Position numbers and translations under genes: made by a program
Shown here: piece after piece, positions 1 to 9,178 of the stretch
How positions within the stretch are numbered: position 1 is the stretch's first letter
How the letters are laid out: each line of letters opens with the position of its first letter
Notes under the pieces: model-generated
Seen by the model: the letters and a program-made list of their open reading frames with translations, nothing else
Database searches by the model: none
Told to the model about the DNA's origin: nothing
Assembly (NCBI GenBank): GCA_037440005.1
Contig: JBBIUY010000024.1
Location: 21,530-45,278 of the forward strand
DNA length: 23,749 nt
Direction of reading: 5' to 3'
DNA from: Armatimonadota bacterium
Lineage (GTDB): Bacteria > Sysuimicrobiota > Sysuimicrobiia > Sysuimicrobiales > Kaftiobacteriaceae

Positions 1-55
1 CGGGGAGGGAGCGTGAGGGAGGCACCTCCCTCACGTCCGGGGGGTGACAGGCGCC
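1..55. repeat. 55-bp direct repeat, copy 1 (may extend left of the window), with an internal hairpin
   Basis: CGGGGAGGGAGCGTGAGGGAGGCACCTCCCTCACGTCCGGGGGGTGACAGGCGCC is identical to 267-321. Inverted repeat CGTGAGGGAGG (12-22) / CCTCCCTCACG (25-35). Confidence 0.95.
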
Positions 56-147
56 GCCGGCGCCGTCCGAGGGGGCGCAGCCCCCTCAGGAGGAGCGAGC
101 CGCGACCTGGACTTCCTCTGCGGGCCCCGCGAGCGGCAGGCTCGCGG

Positions 148-196
148 GGGTCGCGGCGAGCGACCCGTGGGGGTTCAAATCCCTCGCCCGGCACCA
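148..196 (+). other. tRNA 3'-half-like segment (Leu-type variable arm, T-arm, acceptor 3' strand, ACCA); not a complete tRNA
   Basis: Hairpin GGGTCGC-GGCGA-GCGACCC, then GT-GGGGG-TTCAAAT-CCCTC-GCCCGGC-ACCA. No matching 5' acceptor strand, D-arm or U33-containing anticodon loop upstream. Confidence 0.7.
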
Positions 197-246
197 GAAA
201 AGGGCGGCAGGGTCGTTCTCCAGACCCTGCCGTGCTTTTCTGGTGC
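191..246. terminator. Probable bidirectional intrinsic terminator downstream of secG
   Basis: Core stem CGGCAGGGTC (205-214) / GACCCTGCCG (223-232), flanked by GAAAAG and CTTTTC. Outer arms GCACCAGAAAAG (191-202) / CTTTTCTGGTGC (235-246). The T-tracts are short (4 nt). Confidence 0.55.
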
Positions 247-266
247 GTCAATGAATTGAACCCCCA

Positions 267-321
267 CGGGGAGGGAGCGTGAGGGAGGCACCTCCCTCAC
301 GTCCGGGGGGTGACAGGCGCC
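267..321. repeat. 55-bp direct repeat, copy 2
   Basis: Identical to 1-55 (offset 266 bp). Ends 3 nt from the secG stop codon. Confidence 0.95.
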
Positions 322-324
322 TTT

Positions 325-543
325 CTACCGCAGGAACGCCAGGTAGGTGGACGTCAGGACGAACAGGACGGCGGTCACCGCGGTGGCCCGGGTGAAGAAG
401 GTCTCCCGGGGCCGCGGGCCGTGAAACAGCCGGGCGCTTCCCCCGATCGCCCCCAGTCCTTCGCCCTTGGGCCCCTGGAGCAGGACGATCCCGATGAGGG
501 CGAAGGCCAGCACGAAGTGCACCACCAGGATGGCCGTGGTCAT
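325..543 (-). CDS. secG: Preprotein translocase subunit SecG
   Basis: 72 aa with two hydrophobic helices separated by VLLQGPKGEGLGAIGG. Lies directly downstream of tpiA, a conserved position. Confidence 0.93.
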   Translation of the reverse strand: MTTAILVVHFVLAFALIGIVLLQGPKGEGLGAIGGSARLFHGPRPRETFFTRATAVTAVLFVLTSTYLAFLR

Positions 544-574
544 GGCCGCTCACTCTCCGACGTCTCGCTGATTC

Positions 575-604
575 ATCCTACCACGCGAGCCGCCGGCCGG
601 TCTA
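575..604 (-). promoter_or_regulatory. Putative sigma70 promoter for secG
   Basis: Minus strand TAGACC (604-599), 18-nt spacer, extended -10 TGgTAGGAT (583-575). Confidence 0.5.
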
Positions 605-617
605 CCCGCCCGGCCGG

Positions 618-1357
<740 letters not shown>

Positions 1358-1361
<4 letters not shown>

Positions 1362-2545
1362 GCCGGCCGGTCCAGCAGAGCCGCCACCCCGGGCAGCACC
1401 TTGCCTTCCAGGAACTCCAGCGACGCGCCGCCGCCGGTGGAGATGTGGGAGATGCGGTCGGCCAGGCCCATCTGCTGCAGGGCGGCCGCGGTGTCTCCGC
1501 CGCCGACGATGGTGACCGCCCCCGACGCCGCCACGGCCTCGGCCACCGCCCGGGTGCCGGCGGCGAAGGGGGGAAACTCGCACACCCCCAGGGGCCCGTT
1601 CCAGACCACCGTGCCGGCGGTGCCGACCACCCGGGAGAAGGCCGCCGCCGTCTGGGGCCCGATGTCCATGCCCATCCAGCCGTCGGGAATCGCCTCCGCC
1701 GGCACCACCCGGTGGGCGGCGTCGGGCGCGAAGCGGTCGGCCACCACCACGTCCTCGGGCAGCAGTACGGGCACCCGCCGCCGCGCCGCCTCCTCCAGCA
1801 GCGACCGCGCCAGGTCCAGCCGGTCGGCCTCGTACAGCGACGCGCCCACCCCGTATCCGCGGGCGCGCAGGAACGTGTAGGCCATGGCGCCGCCGATCAG
1901 CAGGGCGTCGGCCCGCCCCAGCAGGTTGCGGATCACCCCGATCTTGTCGGACACCTTCTTGCCGCCCAGGATGGCCACAAACGGCCGCCGGGGGTCCTCC
2001 AGCGCCCGGGAGAGGAAGGACAGCTCCTTGTCCATCAGCAGCCCGGCGACCGCCGGCAGGTACCGGGTAACGCCCACCGTGGACGCGTGGGCCCGGTGGG
2101 CGGTGCCGAAGGCGTCGTTGACGAACAGGTCCGCCAGAGACGCCAGGGCCCGGGCAAACTCCGGGTCGTTGGCCTCCTCGCCGGGGTGAAACCGCAGGTT
2201 CTCCAGCAGGACCACGTCGCCGTCGCGCATCTCGGCCACGGCGCGCTCCACCTCGGGCCCGATGCAGTCGGCGAGCTTGCGCACCGGGGTCCCCAGCAGC
2301 TCGCCCAGGCGGCGGGCCACCGGATCCAGCCTCAGGCCCTCCACCACCGCGCCGTCGGGCCGGCCCAGGTGAGACGCCAGGATCACCCGGGCGCCCCGGC
2401 GGCGCAGCTCCTGGATGGTGGGCAGCGCCTCCCGGATCCGGCGGTCGTCCACGACGCGCCCGCCGTCCAGGGGCACGTTGAAGTCCACCCGGACCAGCAC
2501 CCGCCGGCCCGCCACGTCCACATCCCGGATCGTCTTCCTGGCCAT
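1358..2545 (-). CDS. pgk: Phosphoglycerate kinase
   Basis: [53 protein letters not shown]. Start moved to ATG 2545 (MARKTIRD), preceded by GGAG. Confidence 0.97.
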
Positions 2546-2559
2546 GGCTCCGCGCCCGG

Positions 2560-3570
2560 TCACAGCCCGCGCTCGGCCATGTAGGCCACCAGGTCCGCCA
2601 CCCGGCAGGCGTACCCCCACTCGTTGTCGTACCAGGACATGACCTTCACCAGGGTCTCCCCGATGACGGTGGTCAGCGGCGCGTCCACCACCCCCGAGTA
2701 GGGGCTGCCCTTGTAGTCCATGGAGACCAGCTCCTCCTCGCTGTAGCCCAGGTAGCCGCGCATCTCCTCCTGGCTGTAGCGCCGGTAGGCGGCGTTGACC
2801 GCCTCGGCGGTGACCGGCCGCTCCAGTTCGCACACCAGGTCCACCACGGAGACGGTGGGGGTGGGCACCCGCAGGGCGATGCCGTGCATCTTGCCCCGCA
2901 GCTCGGGCAGGACCAGGAAGATGGCGCGGGCGGCCCCGGTGGTGGCCGGGATGATGTTCAGGGCCGCCGCCCGCGCCTCCCGCAGGTTCTCCCCCACCAC
3001 GTCCAGGATCCGCTGGGTGTTGGTGTAGGAGTGGACGGTGGTCATGAACCCGCGGCGGATGCCGAACTCCCGGCTGAGCACCTTGGCGGTCACCGCCAGG
3101 CAGTTGGTGGTGCAGGACCCGTTGCTGACGATGGTGTGGACCCGGGGGTCGTACAGGTCGTGGTTCACCCCCATGTTGAGGGTGATGTCTTCCCCCTTGG
3201 CCGGGGCGGTGATGACCACCTTGCTGGCGCCCCCCGCCAGGTGGCCGCGGGCCTGCTCGGCGGCGGTGAACCGGCCGGTGGCCTCCACCACGATGTCCAC
3301 CCCGGCCTCCCGCCAGGGGATGGCCGCCGGCTCCCGGGCGCTGAACACCTTCATGGTCCACTGGTTGACCCGCAGCTCGCCGTCCCGGGCCTCCACCTGG
3401 CCGGGAAAGGTACCGTAGTTGGAGTCGTACTTGAACAGGTGGGCGTTGGTCTTGAGGTCGGCGATGTCGTTGATGGCCGTCACCTGGAGCCGGTCCGGGT
3501 AGCGCTCCAGCATCGCCCTCAGCGACTGCCGCCCGATCCGTCCAAAGCCGTTGATGCCCACGCGGACCAT
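2560..3570 (-). CDS. gap: Type I glyceraldehyde-3-phosphate dehydrogenase
   Basis: [10 protein letters not shown], catalytic [34 protein letters not shown]. Confidence 0.97.
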   Translation of the reverse strand: MVRVGINGFGRIGRQSLRAMLERYPDRLQVTAINDIADLKTNAHLFKYDSNYGTFPGQVEARDGELRVNQWTMKVFSAREPAAIPWREAGVDIVVEATGRFTAAEQARGHLAGGASKVVITAPAKGEDITLNMGVNHDLYDPRVHTIVSNGSCTTNCLAVTAKVLSREFGIRRGFMTTVHSYTNTQRILDVVGENLREARAAALNIIPATTGAARAIFLVLPELRGKMHGIALRVPTPTVSVVDLVCELERPVTAEAVNAAYRRYSQEEMRGYLGYSEEELVSMDYKGSPYSGVVDAPLTTVIGETLVKVMSWYDNEWGYACRVADLVAYMAERGL

Positions 3571-3609
3571 GATCGCACCCCCTCCCGCTTCAATCCCCGT
3601 CTGCGGTGG

Positions 3610-3990
3610 TCAGGGCGCCCGGCCCGGCTCGCCCGCCGGACCCCGTCCCGCGCCCCGCCAGTACCGTTCCAGCAGGTCCCTGCGGATGAAGCCCACGTTG
3701 CCGAAGATGCGGATGGAAAAGGCGATCACCGCGCCCAGGTAGATGTCCACCCCCAGCAGGTCGCCGATGGCGGTCAGCAGCGCCGCGAAGAAGGTGTTGG
3801 CGAAAAACCCGCTGAGGAAGATGGACAGGTCAAACCGATCCTCCAGCTGGGCCCGCAGACCGCCCAGGATGGTGTCGATGGCGGCCAGGATGGCGATGGC
3901 CGTGTACTTGACCACCCCCAGGGGGATCTCCACCGACGAGAGGAAGCCCAGGACGATGCCGGCCAGGAGGCCGAGGACGGGCAACCACAT
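3610..3990 (-). CDS. sbp: Small basic protein (Sbp / DUF1290 family) membrane protein
   Basis: Pattern Y.AIAILAA.D...GG.RA.LE..FD..IF.SGFF.N and RIF.N...IRR. Adjacent to a DUF881 gene. RBS AGGAGG. Confidence 0.88.
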   Translation of the reverse strand: MWLPVLGLLAGIVLGFLSSVEIPLGVVKYTAIAILAAIDTILGGLRAQLEDRFDLSIFLSGFFANTFFAALLTAIGDLLGVDIYLGAVIAFSIRIFGNVGFIRRDLLERYWRGAGRGPAGEPGRAP

Positions 3991-4018
3991 GGACCGCTCC
4001 TCCTGTCTACAGGCCCGC

Positions 4019-4777
4019 CTAGGGCGGCGTCTCCACGGGGCGGGCGAAGGTGAACCGGTAGCCGCCCCGGTACGCCGGCACCACCAGGCGCGGGGCCGTG
4101 GTGATCTTCACGGGAAACCCAAACGCCCGCAGAGCTTCCAGGACGCCTCCCGGCCGGCTCAGGTAGGCCTGCAGGGCCGCCGGATTGCCGATGGCCACGA
4201 TGCGGTAGGGCGGAGCCATCCGCTTGGCGTTGCACAGGATGGTGGTGCCCACACAGGTCAGGCCCGTGGACACCACCACCCGCTCGCCGTTGATGGCCAC
4301 GGCGTCGGCACCGCTGGCCCACAGGTCGTTCACCACGGCCTGGAGGTCGGTGTAGTGCAGGATCACCGTGTTGGGGTCGTCGCCCGGGCGCAGGGGCTGG
4401 GGGCTGTCGTCCAGCTCCACCACCACCCCGGGCCCCGCCACCGCCACCAGCCCCGCCAGCACCCGCAGCCGCTCCAGGTCCCGGCTGAGGACCTCCAGCC
4501 GCGCCCGCCCCTGGGCGGCGCCCTGCTCGTAGGCCCGCAGCTGCTCCCGCAGGGCCGCGATCTGCTGCTCCAGGGCCGCCCGGGCCCGCTCCTGCTCCCG
4601 CAGCACAAAGCCCAGCTCCTCCAGCCTCTGGGAGGGCACCCGCAGCTGCTGCCGGATCAGCAGCTCGTTGCGGACCTGGGTGGCCGCCAGAAAGCCCGCC
4701 GCGGCCAGCAGCACCGCCAGGGTGGCCTGCAGCCGGGAGATCTTCCACACGCGCAGCGGGTGAGGGCTGCCCAGCAT
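4019..4777 (-). CDS. DUF881 family (YlxW/YlxX-like) membrane-anchored coiled-coil protein
   Basis: N-terminal TM helix, coiled coil, then AGL..V.GPGV.V.L.D, DL..VVN.L...GA.A.AING.R and PPY.I.AIG.P. Confidence 0.9.
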   Translation of the reverse strand: MLGSPHPLRVWKISRLQATLAVLLAAAGFLAATQVRNELLIRQQLRVPSQRLEELGFVLREQERARAALEQQIAALREQLRAYEQGAAQGRARLEVLSRDLERLRVLAGLVAVAGPGVVVELDDSPQPLRPGDDPNTVILHYTDLQAVVNDLWASGADAVAINGERVVVSTGLTCVGTTILCNAKRMAPPYRIVAIGNPAALQAYLSRPGGVLEALRAFGFPVKITTAPRLVVPAYRGGYRFTFARPVETPP

Positions 4778-4806
4778 GGCGACGGCGGGTCACACCCACC
4801 AGGGTC

Positions 4807-4812
4807 AGTATA
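4807..4812 (-). promoter_or_regulatory. Putative -10 box (TATACT) for the DUF881-sbp-gap-pgk-tpiA transcript
   Basis: Near-consensus TATACT about 30 nt upstream of ATG 4777 in very GC-rich DNA. No good -35; that position falls inside the heptamer repeat. Confidence 0.5.
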
Positions 4813-4816
4813 CGAC

Positions 4817-4903
4817 AGGGAAAAGGGAAAAGGGAAAAGGGAAGAGGGAAGAGGGACGAACGGGAACGCAGGTTTCCCCCTCTTCCTTCTTCCCTCTTCC
4901 CTC
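4817..4903. repeat. Heptamer tandem repeat with inverted counterpart; probable terminator of the ATPase operon
   Basis: AGGGAAA x3, AGGGAAG x2, AGGGACG (4817-4858), and CTTCCTT-CTTCCCT-CTTCCCT (4882-4902) immediately after the atpD stop. Confidence 0.85.
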
Positions 4904-5536
4904 CTACTGGCGCGCCTCCAGCTTGCGCTTGATGCGCTTGAGGCGGAAGACGTCCTCCCGGGCCCGCTGCTCCAGCACCGACGCGATGAAGCGGATCTCC
5001 CCCATGATCCGGGGGATCACCACCTGCTCCAAGGCGTTCACCCGGCGGGTGGTCTTCTTGATCTCCTCGCCGATCTTGCGCAGCTTGATCTCGGTGGCCG
5101 CCACCTCCAGGATCGCCCGCAACACCTCCTCGAAGGAGGCGGCGCTCTCCACGGTCCGGGCGCTGGTGCTGACCGGGTTGTGGCCGCGCTCCAGCAGGCT
5201 GCGGCGGACCTCCCGCACGGCCACGTCGGGGATGCGGGTGCCCCACACGTTGCGCACCTGGATGTCCACCAGCAGCTCCCGGCGGTCGGCCATGGCCGCC
5301 GCCTCCAGCGCCTCCCGCCCCTCCCACGCCTTGGCCAGGGCCAGCATCACGTAGGCCTCCTCGCAGGCCCGGGTCAGCCTCTCCCGGGCCTGCAGCGACT
5401 GGCGCACGATGGTGAAGAAGTCGGCCACCAGGGCGTCCCGCTTGCGCTTGAGCAGGTCCACCCCCTGGACGGCCACCTTGGCCTGCTGCTTGCGCTGCAG
5501 CAGGTTCATCCGGGTGGGGCTGACGGCTTCGGGCAT
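4904..5536 (-). CDS. atpD: V/A-type ATP synthase subunit D
   Basis: SPTRMNLL...GVDLLKRKRDAL and EIKKTTRRVNALEQVVIP...REDVFRLKRIK. Confidence 0.96.
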   Translation of the reverse strand: MPEAVSPTRMNLLQRKQQAKVAVQGVDLLKRKRDALVADFFTIVRQSLQARERLTRACEEAYVMLALAKAWEGREALEAAAMADRRELLVDIQVRNVWGTRIPDVAVREVRRSLLERGHNPVSTSARTVESAASFEEVLRAILEVAATEIKLRKIGEEIKKTTRRVNALEQVVIPRIMGEIRFIASVLEQRAREDVFRLKRIKRKLEARQ

Positions 5537-5558
5537 GGGCGCTCTCCCCCGGGGCCGG

Positions 5559-6974
5559 CTAGACCCGGGTCTTCTCCTTCCAGACCTCCTCCATCAGGTC
5601 GCCGAAGTAGTACTTGTCGATGTGGTCCTGCTTGACCCGCTTGAGCTCCCCCCGCGGGAACATGGACAGCAGCTTCCAGGCCAGGGTGAGGGTCTCCTCG
5701 ATGCTGCGCTCGGTCTGCCCCTGGTTGAGGAACTGACGCTCGAACTCGTCGGCAAAGCGCAGGTACAGGCGGTCCCGCTCGGTGAGGGCCTCCTCGCCGA
5801 TGATGGCCACCAGCTTGCGCAGGTCCACCCCGTTGGCGTAGGCCGCGTACAGCTGGTCCCGCAGGGCCCCGTGGTCCTCCCGGGTGCGCCCGGGGCCGAT
5901 GCCGTCGTTCATCAGCCGGGACAGGCTGCGCAGGGGGGTGATGGGCGGGTAGATCCCCAGCCGGTGCAGCTCGCGGCTGAGGAGGATCTGGCCCTCGGTG
6001 ATGTACCCGGTGAGGTCGGCGATGGGGTGGGTGATGTCGTCGTCGGGCATGGTGAGGATCGGCAGCTGGGTGATGGACCCCCGCCGGCCGTGGATGCGCC
6101 CGGCGCGCTCGTAGATGGTGGCCAGGTCGGTGTACATGTAGCCGGGGTAGCCCCGGCGGCCGGGGATCTCCTCCCGGGCGGCGCCGATCTCCCGGAGGGC
6201 TTCGCAGTAGTTCGTCATGTCGGTGAGGATCACCAGCACCTGCATGTCGAGCTCAAAGGCCAGGTACTCGGCGGTGGTCAGGGCCACCCGGGGGGTGATG
6301 AGCCGTTCGATGGCCGGGTCGTCGGCCAGGTTGAGGAAGACCACCGCGCGGGCCAGGGCGCCGGTGGACTCGAACTGGTCGATGAAGTAGGCCGCCTCCC
6401 GCTGGGTGATGCCCATGGCGGCGAACACCACCGAGAACTGCTCCTCGCTGCCCAGGACCTTGGCCTGGCGGGCGATCTGGGCGGCGATCTCGTTGTGGGG
6501 CAGTCCGGCGCCGCTGAAGATGGGCAGCTTCTGCCCCCGCACCAGGGTGTTCAGGCCGTCGATGGCCGAAATCCCCGTCTGGATGAACTCCTGGGGCCGC
6601 TGGCGCGCCACGGGGTTGATGGGGGCGCCGATGATGGGCAGGCGCTTCTCGGGGATGATGGGCGGCAGCCCGTCGATGGGCTCTCCCAGGCCGTTGAACC
6701 GGCGGCCGATCATCTCCCGGGACACGCCCAGGCGGGCCACGTCCTCCCGCAGGCTGATGGAGGTGCGGGCCAGGTCCAGGCCCGTGGTCTCCTCGAACAC
6801 CTGAATCACCGCGTGCTTCTCGGAGACCTCGATCACCTGCCCTCCCCGCACCGTCTCGTCGGGCAGGTGGATGTTGACCAGGGCGCCGTAGGCCAGATCC
6901 TTCGCCCCCTCCACGAACAGCAGGGGGCCCGAGATGTAGGAGATCGAGCGGTACCGCTTGGTGGCCAGCTCCAT
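5559..6974 (-). CDS. atpB: V/A-type ATP synthase subunit B
   Basis: [66 protein letters not shown]. Confidence 0.98.
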   Translation of the reverse strand: MELATKRYRSISYISGPLLFVEGAKDLAYGALVNIHLPDETVRGGQVIEVSEKHAVIQVFEETTGLDLARTSISLREDVARLGVSREMIGRRFNGLGEPIDGLPPIIPEKRLPIIGAPINPVARQRPQEFIQTGISAIDGLNTLVRGQKLPIFSGAGLPHNEIAAQIARQAKVLGSEEQFSVVFAAMGITQREAAYFIDQFESTGALARAVVFLNLADDPAIERLITPRVALTTAEYLAFELDMQVLVILTDMTNYCEALREIGAAREEIPGRRGYPGYMYTDLATIYERAGRIHGRRGSITQLPILTMPDDDITHPIADLTGYITEGQILLSRELHRLGIYPPITPLRSLSRLMNDGIGPGRTREDHGALRDQLYAAYANGVDLRKLVAIIGEEALTERDRLYLRFADEFERQFLNQGQTERSIEETLTLAWKLLSMFPRGELKRVKQDHIDKYYFGDLMEEVWKEKTRV

Positions 6975-6992
6975 GGGATCCTCCCGTCCGGG

Positions 6993-8762
6993 TTACTGCC
7001 CCTCGACCCCCACCGGGGCGGCGGGGCGGGCGCCGAATGCCGCCGGCAGCTTCTCCAGCCAGCGGGCGATGTAGCCGTCGAAGTCGGCGGCGGGGACGTC
7101 CTTGAGGCGGGCGATCTCCTCGATCTCCTTCATGTTGAGGATGTCGTCCAGGTCCACCCCCCGCCCCAGGGCTGCCACGGCCAGGTCGTAGAAGGTCAGG
7201 ATGGCCTTGAGGATGCCGTAGGACTTGGTCAGCGGGCAGTGGGCGTCGTCGGTGTAGGCGTTCTGCTGGAGGAAGTCCTCCCGCAGCATCTTGCCGGCCT
7301 CGATGATCATCCGCTGGTCGTCCTGCAGGGCGTCGGGGCCCACCAGCTGGACGATCTCCTGCAGTTCCGCCTCCTTCTGCAGCAGGGCGCTGGCCCGGTC
7401 CCGCAGGGCCTCGAAGTCGGGCGGCATGTGCTCCCGGTACCACTGGGCCAGCAGGGGCGTGTACAGGCTGTAGGAGCGCAGCCAGTTGATGGCGGGGAAG
7501 TGGCGGCGGCTGGCGAGCTTGTCGTCCAGCGCCCAGAAGGTCCCGGTGATGCGCAGGGTGGCCTGGGTCACCGGCTCCGACAGGTCGCCCCCGGGCGGGG
7601 AGACGGCCCCGATGACGGTGACGGAGCCCCGGCGCTCGGGCCGCCCCAGGCACACGACCCGGCCGGCCCGCTCGTAAAAGGCCGCCAGGCGGCTGCTGAG
7701 ATACGACGGGTAGCCCTCCTCGGCCGGCATCTCTTCCAGCCGGGAGGAGATCTCCCGCATCGCCTCCGCCCACCGGCTGGTGGAGTCGGCCATCAGCGCC
7801 ACCTTCAGGCCCTGGTCCCGCCAGTACTCGGCCAGGGTGATGCCAGTGTACACGGAGGCCTCCCGGGCCGCCACCGGCATGTTGCTGGTGTTGGCGATGA
7901 TGATGGTGCGCTCCATCAGCGGGCGCCCGGTGCGGGGGTCCTCCAGGCGGGGGAACTCGTCCAGGACGTGGGTCATCTCGTTGCCGCGCTCGCCGCAGCC
8001 CACGTAGATGATCACGTCGGCGTCGCCCCACTTGGCCAGGGTCTGCTGGGTGATGGTCTTGCCCGACCCGAACGGACCCGGGATGGCCGCCGTGCCGCCC
8101 ATGGCCACCGGGAACAGCACGTCCAGCACCCGCTGGCCCGTGACGAAGGGCTCGGTGGGGTCCAGCCTGCGGGCCGCGGGCCGGGATGTGCGCACCGGCC
8201 AGGGGTGCATCATGGTGAGGGGGGTGCCGTCCTCCAGCCGGGCGACCGTGTCGGTGACGGTGAACTCGCCCGGTCCGATCTCCGCCACCACCCCGCCGGG
8301 GGCGTCCGGCGGCACCAGGATCTGGTGGCGGAAGCCGAACTCCTGGACCCACCCCAGCACGTCGCCGGGCCCCACCCGGTCGCCCGGACGCACCGCCGGC
8401 TCGAACGCCCAGCGCCTGCTCCGGTCCAGGGTCGGCACCGCCGCGCCCCGGGCCACGAAGTCTCCCTTCTGCGCCCGCACCCCCTCCAGCGGGCGCAGGA
8501 TGCCGTCGAAGATCCCCGCCAGCAACCCCGGGCCCAGCTCGGCCGTCAGAGGCCGCCCGGTGCTCTCCACGGGTTCCCCGACCCGCAGCCCCGAGGTCTC
8601 CTCGTAGACCTGCACGAAGGCGGTGTCCCCCTCCAGGCGGATGATCTCGCCCAGCAGACCCTCGTGGCCGACCCGCACGATGTCGTACATGCGGGCGCCC
8701 AGCATCCCCCGGGCGATCACCGCCGGTCCGGCGATCTTGATGATGCTGCCCCGAATCACCAT
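6993..8762 (-). CDS. atpA: V/A-type ATP synthase catalytic subunit A
   Basis: Walker [53 protein letters not shown]. Start placed at ATG 8762 (GGAGG 8 nt upstream); GTG 8777 or 8759 are alternatives. No intein. Confidence 0.97.
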   Translation of the reverse strand: MVIRGSIIKIAGPAVIARGMLGARMYDIVRVGHEGLLGEIIRLEGDTAFVQVYEETSGLRVGEPVESTGRPLTAELGPGLLAGIFDGILRPLEGVRAQKGDFVARGAAVPTLDRSRRWAFEPAVRPGDRVGPGDVLGWVQEFGFRHQILVPPDAPGGVVAEIGPGEFTVTDTVARLEDGTPLTMMHPWPVRTSRPAARRLDPTEPFVTGQRVLDVLFPVAMGGTAAIPGPFGSGKTITQQTLAKWGDADVIIYVGCGERGNEMTHVLDEFPRLEDPRTGRPLMERTIIIANTSNMPVAAREASVYTGITLAEYWRDQGLKVALMADSTSRWAEAMREISSRLEEMPAEEGYPSYLSSRLAAFYERAGRVVCLGRPERRGSVTVIGAVSPPGGDLSEPVTQATLRITGTFWALDDKLASRRHFPAINWLRSYSLYTPLLAQWYREHMPPDFEALRDRASALLQKEAELQEIVQLVGPDALQDDQRMIIEAGKMLREDFLQQNAYTDDAHCPLTKSYGILKAILTFYDLAVAALGRGVDLDDILNMKEIEEIARLKDVPAADFDGYIARWLEKLPAAFGARPAAPVGVEGQ

Positions 8763-8854
8763 CCTCCTCGCCTCCACGTCCGCTCAGACCTTGTCGCGCG
8801 GCCGTCTCCGTCCTTCCGCCACCCGCGGCGGGAGCCCGTCCCCGGGCGGGCGCC

Positions 8855-9175
8855 TCACCGCAGCTTCACGTAAAAGCCGATGTGCTCTTTCACCAGCCGG
8901 GCGATGTACTCTTCCCCCGTCTCGATCTTCGCCCGGGGGGCGGGGAACGGCACGATGATGGGCAGGTCCCGGTCGCGCATCAGGCGCGGGAGGGCGTCCC
9001 CCATGGCGGCCAGCAGGTCCTCGTTGACGGCCACCAGGCCGTAGTCCAGCGGCAGCAGCGCCCGCAGGTGCTCCAGGGCCTGCGGGCCCGTGGCGGCCTC
9101 CCGCACCTCCACCCCGGCCAGGCGGAATCCGGTCGCCGTCTCGGGGTCGGTGATCACCGCCACCCGGTAGGCCAC
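8855..9175 (-). CDS. atpF: V/A-type ATP synthase subunit F
   Basis: VAVITDPETATGFRLAGV at the N-terminus, LVKEHIGF at the C-terminus. Lies between C and A. Confidence 0.95.
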   Translation of the reverse strand: MAYRVAVITDPETATGFRLAGVEVREAATGPQALEHLRALLPLDYGLVAVNEDLLAAMGDALPRLMRDRDLPIIVPFPAPRAKIETGEEYIARLVKEHIGFYVKLR

Positions 9176-9178
9176 GGC

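Noticed and set aside
95..165. RNase P RNA on the minus strand (hairpin followed by GAGGAAGTCC)
   Set aside because: The motif is one A short of GAGGAAAGTCC, and the downstream conserved elements (GGGCTCC, AGTGCAACAGA) are absent.
56..196. Complete tRNA gene (Leu or Sec)
   Set aside because: Only the 3' part fits. There is no complementary 5' acceptor strand or D-loop, and the hairpin at 125-149 lacks U33 and a proper anticodon loop.
1..321. CRISPR array
   Set aside because: Only two 55-bp copies 211 nt apart, the spacer is itself structured, and there are no cas genes in the window.
13..553. Short ORFs 13..282, 44..259 and 248..553
   Set aside because: They are Arg/Pro/Gly-rich translations of hairpin DNA or an alternative frame of secG, with no recognisable motifs.
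5409..8873. 1154-aa plus-strand ORF and other long antisense ORFs (3743..5635, 8882..10846, 11193..13484, 17102..18817 and similar)
   Set aside because: These are shadow ORFs expected opposite genes with extreme GC at third codon positions. They show no domain motifs.
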